Shown here: piece by piece, positions 49,501 to 61,735 of the stretch
Numbering within the stretch: the first letter of the stretch is position 1
Layout: each line of letters starts with the position of its first letter
Assembly: GCF_964355755.1 (NCBI RefSeq)
Contig: NC_092671.1
Location: forward strand, 34,110,304-34,174,303
Direction of reading: 5' to 3'
Origin: Antedon mediterranea
Taxonomy: Eukaryota > Animalia > Echinodermata
DNA: 64,000 bases
Notes under the pieces: generated by a model
The model's input: only the letters and a program-made list of their open reading frames with translations
The model's database searches: none
Told to the model about the DNA's origin: nothing
Translations under genes and position numbers: made by a program

Positions 49501-51558
49501 AAACTCGTTCTTGTATGGGCCAAACTATCTGTGGCTATATAAAAATTGTGGTATGTCTGTGTAGATTTGTGGATTGAGTTTGGCCACCTGGTTCTGCCTA
49601 TGCCCTGTCCTGTACGAATTGGTATTCTCTGGTTCTGATGAATAGTAGTTTATTTTCCAAAAACGAATATTGTAGCCCTAATAAATGCAACTGTATAGTG
49701 GCAAATCATTGAAGGTCAGCGTAACATTTTAACATCATAATATTTTAACCGTCATAATATTAATAATATTAATAATTTTATTATTTATTTTACAGTATTA
49801 TATTAATACATTTAAAATAATGCGCACTAGAAAAAATACCATAACTTCAATGATCAAATAACGTGATCACATTTATGAACATCGATCTCATACTTTGAAT
49901 AACTTTGCATTATTTAGAATATCACTTGTTCAAATGTTGACCTTTGACCTATGTCAACTTGTGTAATGATAAATGTGCTCTTTTGATTGTGTATGATTGG
50001 TAGATGTCTTAACAGAATGATAAAACATAACAGAATGATAAAACATAACAGAATGATAAAACATAACATTTTGTCTTAAATGTTAGTTTTTATTTGGGTT
50101 TATATGCAAATTGTGTGATTGGTCAATATTGACATTTGACCTTTAATTGAAAAGTATTTGTTGTATAAGGCGACTGAATAGTTTGGACAACTTTGCATTT
50201 ATTTGTTAACTAATACGTGTATTAAAATGTTGACCTTTGACCTTATGTCAACTGATGATATTGACCTTATGTCAACTGATGAAATGATGTATTCGCTCTT
50301 TTACATTGCGTGTGATTGATTAACAGGATGAGAAAACATCCAATTTTTATTAAATATAAGTTTTTATTTGGTTTTATAGGTACGTTCTATGATTGGACAA
50401 TATTGACATTTGACCCTTAATTACAAAGGTTTTTATTTTCATAAGGTGATTGAATAGACACTTATAATCATAAAATGTAACAAAAGACCAAATTGTGCTT
50501 CAATAAATGTGTTATAATACATATACATAATACATTGTTGTAATTGTTCTATTTTGAAATTTGACCCCTTATATCTCGAAAACGCTTCCTATCCTGATCG
50601 ATTACCTTCCATATTCGTAATCTACGGGAAATTCTGGTCTAGAAAACGACAAAGTTCCATCACTGATTGTTTCGCGATTACATACACAACTTGTGTTTAT
50701 AGTTCACGCCACTCTAGTGATACACCATAAAGAAGTCTTTTCTTGAATTCTTTCTATGGCAAAATGTTTGCTTTAGAGTATGAAAACCAGGTAAGTAGTT
50801 TTGTTTTTGAACTGTACATAACATTTAGTAGGCCTACCAAACACAAGTTTACTAGGAATAGTACCTGTTCATTATCTAATAAGCTTAAATCTATCTACCT
50901 TCGACAGCATAATTTCTGCAATGATGTCTCACTTTTAACAATTTTTGTTATTGGTTGATACTGTGTGCAACATTTGTTTTTATTTTACAGTTGCACAATG
51001 TTTTAAACATAATTATTTTGTCGTATGTATAACACATGCTATCAAATTTAAACACGAAAAAGCAGGTTTGTCTTTAAATGCCTAAAAAAGTTAAAAAGTC
51101 TAAATTAAATATTTGCCGTTTAGTAGCATTTACGTATATAAAATAGTAATACCAGATATTAATTAGTTGTGCTATAATTGTTATAAAAGACATATGTTGA
51201 GTACTATATTATATACACAGGGTTTCTAATAAAAAAAAATGTATAGTGTGTCTGCTAGTAATTTAGAAATAAATACGGGCCAGATAAAAAGCATTTAGGC
51301 CTAGCGTCGAAAACTCATGGCTTTTAAGGATATTAACAGTGTTTTCCCTTTTATCTGTACCGTAGCTCTTTTGTGAGCCGTATGAAGCGGAACCATGGCA
51401 TCTAATTTTGAAAACCCGGAAAAAAGGTAATACTATTTGTATCATATTTAATAATAGAAGTAAATAATAAGTACTGTATGCACAAGCTGTATCTCAATTA
51501 TTGCTTAAAAATTCATTTTTCCACTTTGAATCAAAAGTAAAATGGCAATACATGTAGC

Positions 51559-52110
51559 CTCTCTCTCTCTCGTCGTTCTACTCATATCTGAGTACCCGTG
51601 ACCATTCTGATGAGGTATCTCCATTCTTGCCGATCTTGAGCTTCATTGTAGCAACTGATTATTGGTCGGTTTGTAGCACCACTTATACCATCAATCCATC
51701 TGAGTCTCTGTCTTCCTCTTTTTCGCTTCCCCTCAACTTTTCCTAACATAATCATTTTCTACATACTATCTCCATCCCGTCTGACAATATGTCCAAAGTA
51801 TTGTAGTTTTTGTTTGATAATATAGATTCGATTAATGTGCCTTTCTTGCCTATTTCGTGCCTTACACTTTCATTAGTTCTTCTGGCAGTCCATGGAATAC
51901 CTAGAAGCTTTCTCCAGTACCACATCTTAAAAGCTTCAATTCGTTTTTGATCTTCAGCATTAATTACCCATGTTTGACATGCGTACGTTGCAATTGGAAA
52001 AACTAGAGCTCCAATTAATCTAATTTTTGTTGCTTTGCTGATGCTTCTGTTTTTCCATATCATGTGCATTAAACACATTGATGATTTTGCCATTGCCAGA
52101 CGACGTTTGT
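51559..52110 (-). mobile_element. RTE-clade LINE 3' fragment
   Basis: IWKNRSISKATKIRL..YACQTW..IPWTARRTNE..GKRKRGRQRLRW; (GA)n tail. Confidence 0.85.
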
Positions 52111-52794
52111 GCTGTATTTTTTTTTTACATCTAGGTGGTATTTATTTGATTATACATATTACCATATTATACCCCAAATAAAGATGCCTCCCCTCCACTA
52201 AAAACCCTTTTGAACAATAAATGCCCGGGGCGTTTAATCGGATACACATGGCAAGTTACTTCTAGCATTCTGAAAAGAACTGTTGAGCTTGACGTTTCTA
52301 TTAAAATGTTCTTGGGGACAGCAATAACTAGTACTTGAAATTGAAACAATTTAAAGTATCAGTTATTGCATAACATTATTGTCTAAGGATAAGTTATGTA
52401 GAGATATGTTTTTTTGTTTGAAACATTAGTAATAGTATTTCTGTACATGTTTTAACCACATTTTCTATTACAATGAATGTAAATATGTATATTTCGAACA
52501 ATTTGATACCAAACTTAAGTTTCTACGACCAGTACTTACAGAGATATGAAGATGCCATGATATGTGGGTCAAAATAATTTTTGACTAAAATGTCCCATTT
52601 GATTGAATATGAAAGCATGCCTTCTGAACATTTTGATTTTGTTCATATAACCCTTGACCCTGACCCTTTGACCTTTTGTAACATTTTAAAAAATGTGCAA
52701 CAAATAACAAAATGTTTATTTCAAACAATTTAAGACCAAATTCAAGTGTCTAGGATCAGTAGTTACGGAGATGTTTTTGCAAACATTGAAGAGA

Positions 52795-54170
52795 AAGTTG
52801 GTTATTCATCTCGTGATCGTGAGGTTGAAATTGTTAGTTTGATATTTGGAAATCTGCAGTTGTTTTCCGATGTTCCAGGTCGAACGAACTTAGTGGAGCA
52901 TGACGTTAAGACAGCTGATTGTTCACCAATAAAACAAAATCCATATAGAGCAAACCCGTTCAAGATGAAGATATTACACAATGAGATTGATTACATTATT
53001 AAGAATGATATAATCGAGCCTAGTTGCAGTGCTTGGAGTTCTCCATGTATATTAGTTCCGAAGCCAGATAAATCGTATCGTTTTTGTTCTGATTATCGGA
53101 AGGTTAATGTTAAATCTACTACAGATTCATATCCCATACCGAGGATAGACGACTGTATTGATCGTGTGGGTTGTGCTAAGTTTGTCAGTAAATTTGATCT
53201 TATAAAGGGTTACTGGCAAATTCCTTTAACAGAGCGTGCGAAAGAAGTGTCAGCTTTTGTAACTCCTATGGGTCTTTATCAGTATAAGGTCATGTCTTTC
53301 GGTTTAAAAAATGCACCAGCCACGTTCCAGAGATTGGTTAATGGTATAATTTCAGGGTTGGAGGGCTGTGAAGCTTATATAGACGATTTGGTTGCCTATA
53401 GTGATACATGGGATGTCCATGTGCAGAGAATTAAGGCATTGTTTGACAGGTTGACAGCTGCAAAGTTGACAGTAAATTTGGTGAAAAGCGTGTTTTCATG
53501 TGCAGAAATTGTGTTCTTAGGTCATAAAGTTGGTTGCGGAAAAGTGAAACCATTAAGTGCTAAGATTAAGGCAGTCTGTGATTTCCCAGTTTCAAAGAGT
53601 AAGCAGGAGTTAATGCGGTTCCTGGGAATGGCTGGGTTTTATCGACGTTTTTGCAGAAGTTTATCAACGCTTATAGCTCCATTAACGAATCTGCTGAAAA
53701 AGAATGCGAGTTTTGTGTGGTTGGAGGAATGCAATAAGGCGTTCATTAAAGTTAAAGCGATGTTATCAAACGAACCGGTGTTGATGGCTCCACAATTTGA
53801 TAAACAGTTCTCGTTGATGATTGATGCCAGTGATGTTGGTTCTGGTGCTGTGTTGGCGCAAACAGACGAGAATGATGTTGACAAGCCTGTGTGTTTCTAC
53901 TCGAGAAAATTCAACCAGCATGAGAAGTTATTCTACTGTTGAGAAGGAGACATTAGCTTTGATGTCAGCGTTAAAGCACTTTCAAGTGTATCTTGGATCT
54001 ACTCCGTTTCCAATTGTAGTTTGGACTGACCACAACCCATTAACGTTCTTGGCAAGAATGAAGGACAAGAATCAACGCTTGTTGAGATGGAGTTTAGCAG
54101 TTCAAGAAATGAATCTGGAAATTCATCATATCAGAGGAAAAGACAATGTTGTAGCTGACACACTCACGTC
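52795..54170 (+). mobile_element. Gypsy LTR retrotransposon pol fragment (RT and RNase H), no LTRs seen
   Basis: PIKQNPYR, SSPCILVPK, DLIKGYWQ, FGLKNAPATF, YIDD, DASDVG, YSTVEKE, TDHNPL, NVVAD; one frameshift near 53925. Confidence 0.9.
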
Positions 54171-54424
54171 ATATTGCGAATTTTGGACAAAAAGTGTTTT
54201 GAGAGCGCTTTTGATTTAAACATTAGCGCGAGCCTATCTTTACCGCTGAGAATTGTATTGAGAAACCCGAAGACTTCACGCGAGCGAGACGAACTGACTA
54301 AGAACATTATTACTATAGATTTTCACTTCATACACGCTTATTATTGAACAATAGTTAGTATAAATAACTGCTAGTTAATTAGAGACATTCGATGTTACTA
54401 CGAATACTAAAGAAATTACTTATA

Positions 54425-54784
54425 ATTTATTTATTTATTTTATTTTATTTTATGTCTTTAGGCACTGTGGCCAAGGATTACCAATAGTGAATTAATCACT
54501 GTCCTATCAGATAGGTGGTAATCCCCCTGATACAGAGGCTATTGTGTGAACCAGTTCACCGGGGTAACCCCCTACTCTTTTTCGAATAATGAACTGGGTT
54601 CTTTAAAGTACACACAGGTTATAACTGTGTACACTGGACCTACGGTTTATAGTCCTTATCCGAGAAGACTTGTTCCACCACCAGAACTAGGAGCGAGTCG
54701 GCCTCGAACCCTTGCCGATGTTGTTGTTGGCTCTTTAGGTACGATAAACGGCGCCCCTGCCTTAACCGCTCGGCCATATAACTC
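54425..54784 (-). mobile_element. tRNA-derived SINE with Nin/Deu-like central domain
   Basis: A box TGGCCGAGCGG, B box GGTTCGAGGCC; core gataaggactataaaccgtaggtcc..taaagaaccc..ttcgaaaaagagtagggggttaccccggtg; (TAAA)n tail. Confidence 0.8.
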
Positions 54785-57082
54785 GGCCATATAACTTATC
54801 CCGATTTATAACGATTCTAGTTTAGGTAACATTCGCCCATTAACAATGAAAACAAACAAATCCTGCGTAGGAAATCGCGGAACTCTAAAAACTTTGTTTT
54901 AATATCACGCTAAAATTGTTTCCGAATTTTTAAATACATATTTGTAAATATTATGTTAAATTTCAATATCTTTACTTTTAATCCTCAAAAAATCAAAATG
55001 TTGATATTTTTTAAAAGAATTTTATGATCATTTGAAATCGGGATAATTTACTATCGATCGCGTTCCGCCGGTGCCCGAGTAGGTGTGTACGCGTCGCTTT
55101 TGCAGGCTCTATTCCCAGTAGCGAGTTTCGGTCGCGCTAACATAAGCAATGTTTTCTACATATACATGCATTAGGGGTAAATTATGTTTAATTGTTTTTA
55201 CCGCATAACAAAATTCCCAAATTTATTTCTTTTCTTGCCTAACCGTTTCTGTCACCCTAAAATCAAATGCTTTAACTGCATAATTTTAAGCGACAATAAC
55301 ATACAAATAGGCCTACTATAATTTGATCACTTCTGCGCAATACTTTAGAGTTGTTGTATACAATTATTTTAAGAATATAAATAAAAACACACAGAAACTA
55401 ATAAAATGGCAACTAATTGAAAAGTCAAACTCATTTATTTCATCAATTAAATATTTGAAAAAAATCAAATCAAGTAAGGTACTGCTGTGTAGGCCTTAAA
55501 TATGATTGATGACTGTATTTTTTTAGTTTTAATTTGTATAATGGCCTAGGCCTAATAATATAGTACTAACAACATGTTTATTTCTAAAGGCAAGAATAAC
55601 AAACAGCTTTATTTATTTACCTTCAATATTAAATCTATGAGAAACCTCAATTATGAGAATCATTTAAATTTCTGTCACCGTACATTTCATTATAATAAAA
55701 ACCTTTAATTTAAAAGACATTTAATTAATAAGAGCTGGTCAAATTTTTTTTAATGTCAACATGCTGTCCATAAATAGCCGCTTTCAAGTGATGCAAATGT
55801 TTTCTGGAGTCAGATCCTATAAAAAATATAGAAATATAAAAAGTATGTTAATTTAAATATGTATTTGAAAGATGGGCTAGAGGTATAGGCCTACTGCATG
55901 ATAAATTAGGCTGAAAAACCTAGCATGTGGTCCTAGGCCTACTACAAGGCCTAGCTTAATGTTTTAAATCCCATAAAACGTTTGAATTTAATACAAGTAC
56001 AAAATCTAATTTATATAGAGTTGTAAAGTGTGGTACATTCAGTACATTAATTAAAATAAATGAGAATGGGGCCTAATATTAATAAATAAACATGTAAAAA
56101 AATTGGCCTAAACGACTACGTGTGTATCTTATACGCGTTGGACCATCAAGGCTAGGCCCAGCTTCGCACAAACCACCGTTATACATGTGATTTGTTTACC
56201 TATTTCAATCGCCATTTAAAAAATACCTGAAAATATCAACATGCCCATTTTTTGTTAAAAGAATATTGACATTATATAGTAACTTTTTATTTAGTCACTC
56301 GTTTACTCAAAAATTGAGGAATTTTTTTATGGTCTCGTAAAAATGTACAATATTATTATTGATAAAAACCGTATAAAATCTAACAAAAAGAAGAGCAAAT
56401 TCAATGATTACCTGACACGATCATAACTGCTATCCTGTTCCAAAAACCAAGTCACATGCTTCTTCAACCCTTGCTTTAATTATTCTCATGAATTATTCAT
56501 AAGGAACTATAATTTAAGGCTTTCAATTGGTTAAAAGAGTTTAACCCTATTAACATTTTAAATTCACATCATTTCCGGGTGATGTTGTCGCGCTTCGATG
56601 AATCTCAGAAATCACAAATGACCGCTAGAGGGCTCACTACTTTTTGTCTAGTCTAAATGAATGTGCTGACGCTTTGTCAAGAGTTTAGATAAAACATGCA
56701 TGAAATGATTTTGAAAGTTTTGTTGATTTTAAAAGTGTTTATTTAATTATAATATGTTAGTTGTGATAGAGTGATGCATTAATGGCTTACACGGAAGTAC
56801 AGTAATTAGAACTTGTGAAATTTTAAAGAAGCAGTTAAAGTAAATTCATATCAACGACCTGTTAAAATAACTACTGTATAAGAAAAGATTTAAGATGTTA
56901 TAGTAAACAGTTATAAGTTTAATCATATCAAACTTTCTTTAAGTGGGGGTGTGTGATGAGTTTGTCACACGGAAGTGAGCCCTCTAGAGAGGAAGAGGGG
57001 AATGAATAAAGATGGACGACAACTACAACGTGTTTTTTTATATTCTTATTGTTGGTTTTAGCCTAACGAGCGAGCCCGTAAC

Positions 57083-57910
57083 AGTAGGCCTAATGGTTTC
57101 CAATTGTTTCTGAGAGCCAATTCATACTTAAGTTGGTTCCTAACCATCAAAGTTGTTCTGCGTTTAGGGCATGTGATCATTCGTACTGTAAGCCTGTCCT
57201 CTATTGGCTTTACAACGCTACTCATGCCAGTGAGAGGGAGGGTGGTGGTGTGGATGGTGGTTTAACTGAAATAATAAAGTTGATTGTACATAATAGACGA
57301 CGACTGGAAAGGCTAGCTCATAATCCGTTAAAAAAATATATTCAACCTCTGCAGCACAGATTGAAAAAAAATGGATCGAATCTCTGTTATGACTGTACAG
57401 CACTTGTCTTTTCGACGCCTGAGGGAATAGAAACTTGTGGAACAGAGATTGGAATGTTCCGTTTATCGCAGATCAAAACATTTGTATAAACGTATATTAA
57501 ATCTATCAAAATAGTATTTTTTAAAGAAAATCGGCCTGTCTTCAACATTATGATGCTGTACTCGAGCTGTTCAACCGGTTTTCAGCTATTAAAAACAATT
57601 ATCGTAGGAGGAGATAGGAAAATGCGAAGCATCCTCGTATTATTGTGTGCGAGTATTTTGGATTGATATCCATTAGACAGTGTATACCACAACTACAAAA
57701 CACCCCTATTTGGGGCAAATCGTTCAACCTAAATTCGTTTTAATTGTCAATAACTAATTATTTAACTCAATTTAATTAGTAAACAGGGTTACATCAGATG
57801 GTTAAAATGAGTACCGAAAGTACGAACCAACTTTATATACCATCGAGTAAAAATTCTCGAAATAAACCGCGATTTATCGAATTTTGCCCTTACGTAAATT
57901 TATATATAGA
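57083..57910 (-). mobile_element. Helitron-like element copy 4 (may extend further left)
   Basis: Reverse complement of 2507-3318 with the A|TC start. Confidence 0.65.
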
Positions 57911-58292
57911 TTATAGATTAACAATAGCGGAGAGATTTACGAATTGGCTTGAAGAAGAAAAGATCGATCGAAGCTTTGTTTACCAAGCCAGCGCATGTTC
58001 ATACCGTGTCATCGCCGTCCTTCATGACCGCATTTTGCGTTATTAGCCAATCATATTAGCGGATTCGCTTAGCCAATAGAAGCGCCGAATGCAACCACGA
58101 ATTTTCATTGGTCGTATTTGACGTCACAAATAGGCTGCCATGAGTACAAGATGACAAAAGTTTTGAAAACAACTTTAAAATCCTGTTTACTAGAAAACTA
58201 CAAATCCGATTTAAACATAAATTGTTCTGAATATTAAGTTGGTGGGGTTACTTTTATAATAGTTAAGTAAAATATTAGGGTGTCCCTTTCCA

Positions 58293-58803
58293 TTAAGCAA
58301 AATAAGCAGCTTAAGCAGTCACTTCACAGGGAGAAGAAAATTTGCAAATTAGCAACTAATCAGCGCAACGTTTCAGCTTACAATGCTACAGCTTAAGCAG
58401 TAATCTCATAGGGAACAGATTCGTTGCAAATTAGCATCTAATCAGCGCAACGTTTCAGCTTACAATGCTACAGATTTTAAAGCAGTAATCTCATAGGGAA
58501 CAGATTCGTTGCAAATTACCAACTAATCAGCGCAACGTTTCAGCTTACAATGCTACAGCTTAAGCAGTAATCTCATAGGGAACAGATTCGTTGCAAATTA
58601 CCAACTAATCAGCGCAACGTTTCAGCTTACAATGCTACAGCTTAAGCAGTAATCTCATAGGGAACAGATTCGTTGTAAATTACCAACTAATCAGCACAAC
58701 GTTTCAGCTTACAATGTTACAGCTTAAGCAGTAATCTCATAGGGAACAGATTCGTTGCAAATTACCAACTAATCAGCGCAACATTGCAGCTTACAATGCT
58801 TAA
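58293..58803 (+). repeat. 82-bp tandem repeat, about 6 copies (a further partial unit at 61736-61815)
   Basis: gcagtaatctcatagggaacagattcgttgcaaattaccaactaatcagcgcaacgtttcagcttacaatgctacagcttaa at 58397, 58482, 58564, 58646 and 58728. Confidence 0.95.
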
Positions 58804-61735
58804 AATGGATATGAAAGGATTTTAAAATTTCACAAAAAGGACTTTGTATGAATCCTTTTAATGTTAATAAACAGCACACAAAACATTAGATTCAAATACC
58901 TAGTAGAAATTGAGAAATAAACAAATTAAATTTTGGTATAAAACGTCCGCAAAATGGCCGACCAACTGGCACGCCATCTTAATTTTTATGAACGTTCTAT
59001 ACGCACGTACGAGATCGTCAAATTTAGAGTTTGAAACACCCGGGGTTGTAGCCACGGCAGCAGTCGTTTTGTGATTGGTTAATGAATTTTAATACAGTCC
59101 AATCACCGCCTTGTCTCGTTCGCGGACTGTGTGGTGTAAACAAAATAAACAAACCCATCCTTCACGAGACTCGCGTGTTGCAAGCTCCCTGTTGCTGCAG
59201 TCGTAGAAAATATCGATATTTCACAAATCAATAAAAAGTTATGTCTGCAAAGATTGTACGTGAAAAGAAGAAAGTGTGTATTTGTACTTCTCACACTAAA
59301 CCACTCACGCAGACTACAAATTAGGCTAGGTCTAGTAGACTATAGTTTCTTCTAAATTCGCTAGTAGTAGTAGGCTAGGCCTACACATGGAGTTACTCCA
59401 TGGCCTACACTACAGTACAAGAGAGTAGCAGTCGCCGGTCCACCGACGAACCTCCAGGAAGTGGACAAGGCGCGGGCGTAGACGTATGTAAAAGGCGACG
59501 TAAATAAAAAAGGTAAGCTTGTGTTGAACTTGTTTTTGGCTCTGACTTTTGTTATTGACTAATATAGTAATATAATAATACTAATAATTAAAGTAGAGCA
59601 GAGGAGGTGAGGCCGAGAGGATTATTATATTATAGTTTAGTTAGTAACTGTAGTGTAATTAAATAATAACCTCTTTCTGTTTGTTACCAAGTCATAAAAT
59701 ATAATACTATAGGGCCTAGAGGTAGGATTGAATAAAAATAATAGTACATTTCCATCCATTTATTGGTCTTATCTTTGCAGATTTATGGAATCAACAGTAC
59801 ATGAGATGGCTTTGAAGAACTGTAATAGTACTAGTAATAAAATTGTAAACATCAAATTATATGGCAGAAATAGTGTGTGGAATGAATTTTATTAAACAAA
59901 TGTATCATAATGAGTTTGGAACAAGCAGGATTTTTCAAACGGGACATAAATTACTTTTGAGACCTGAGTGATACATTTTAATTCTATCAACACCAGCCAG
60001 CTCCATCATATTCAAGAGATGGATTCTTTCATAAATGTCCATTGTACATAGTATTTGGCTAAATAAATAAAAAAAAGAAGTACAGTAGTGGTTTATTTGT
60101 TTATATACCCAGACCCATTTAGATGGTTAAAAACAAATATGATGCACTGCTACTAGTGTACTGTCTGGTAGTACCAGAACTCTTCCCTGGTAGTACATTA
60201 CCATAGTTACAGTATGACTGTAACCCTAGCACTCGCATCTAAAGAATTCTATTATGCATATTTTACTATTCTTCATAAATATTTAGTTCTGTAATTTTAA
60301 TTGTCTGCGCTCATTCTATACTTGGTGTCTTAGTATACTGCATAAATGTATCGTGCAAGCATGATCCAAGTAGCATCTATTATAAAGTACTCTGGGTATC
60401 TTTCTATTCACCTGAAAAAAGGAAAATGAATAAGCACATGTTTATCTGCCCTCAAAACAAAATAATAATTTAGTATAATGTATTATGTAGGTTTGATCAA
60501 CAGTTTAAAATAGCAATGCTCAGTATCTGTTACCTTAATATTATAATTTGACTCTAACATTTGCGCTTCCATTCCAATCAATAAATACATTTGCTTATCC
60601 CGTCCATCAATTATCATAGTTGCACTCCAATTATAGACCTGTAGGTAGGTAAAAATACAAATGAATTGTTTATTTACTGTATACTGTACTGTATATGATA
60701 CAAGCTGAAATACCCCTAACTAGGCCTGGCCTGTTATAACCTTTATTACTACATTAGAGAAAATCCAACTCTATTCATTTTATTGGGAATCATAATATTT
60801 AGTATTCAGTGTTGCCTAGCCTACTAGCTAGTAGGGCGGCATGTAATAACAAAAAAATATTTTAATAATGCGTTAGTCAGGACACTACAGCACACAACAA
60901 TATTAATAAACGTACTTATAAATAATGTGTATATACATAAAACAGTAACACAATTGTGCCTACCATTAACACCCTCAACGATACATCAAGGAGCATACGC
61001 TCTCAGCTCACCTCTGGCCGGGCGACTGAACACCGTATCCAGCAGTCATCACTACTAAAAAGGCCTAGGCTAGGCCTAGCTAGCTCCAGGCCATGGCATT
61101 GTCAAACACCATTTACTCGTCCAACCGTTTCTTCAAAACGATGTTAACACCCGTGTTAACAAGACGATGTGGACGAATTTCCATCAATTTCAGTTAATTA
61201 CAACGAAATAATAATAAAATGAATGTTTCAATAATACGTGTATAATAAATAGCGAAATAAACATCGCTCGCGAGGAGGGTCGAGAGAGAGGCCAAGGTGG
61301 TCGACTCTGTGATTCTCACGCTTGCGCAAAATAACTCCGTGTACCCAGCAAGATAGGCATTTGGCTATGAATTTCTTAAAAGATGGCCTTGAAAAACGAA
61401 ATTAAAATCCGTTTTAAAAAAAACATGGTTGATAATATGAATTAATTTTATTCGATTAGGCTAACATACTTATCCAAGAATAAAAATATCAAAGCAATAA
61501 GTAATTACTACCATGCTTTTGCAGCAATCAATGATTTACTGCTAAATTCCTATCTCTGTAATACAAAAATAACTTTTAGTGACGTCACAAAAAGTTTTTC
61601 ACAGGTTTCTCAGGGGCGTTTTGAGGGCGTTTTCGTCCTCCAAAACATTAAGTATGACTATGGCAAGCTTAAAACTGATTGATCTACACGTTGAGCCAAT
61701 AAAATGATATTGCTAGGAACCCTTTCATATCCATT
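58804..61735. mobile_element. Kolobok-like non-autonomous DNA transposon (2.93 kb)
   Basis: TTAA TSD at 58800-03 and 61736-39; TIR aatggatatgaaagg / cctttcatatccatt; no transposase recognised. Confidence 0.8.

Larger units (their letters stand above)
44511..50646. mobile_element. About 6.1-kb region bounded by about 96-bp inverted repeats, hosting CR1 and Penelope insertions
   Basis: 44511-44606 ttttctagaccagaatt..ggggtcaaagttcaaaat versus 50551-50646 in reverse; interior rich in tgacctttgacct motifs. Confidence 0.6.

Noticed and set aside
54690-54784. Functional tRNA gene (also 63154)
   Set aside because: These are SINE heads with no cloverleaf closure or Pol III terminator.
58293-58803. 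CRISPR-like array or tandem hammerhead (retrozyme) reading of the 82-bp repeat
   Set aside because: There are no unique spacers. The minus strand has GAAACGTT and CTGATTAG, but CUGANGA is not matched and the stems do not form.
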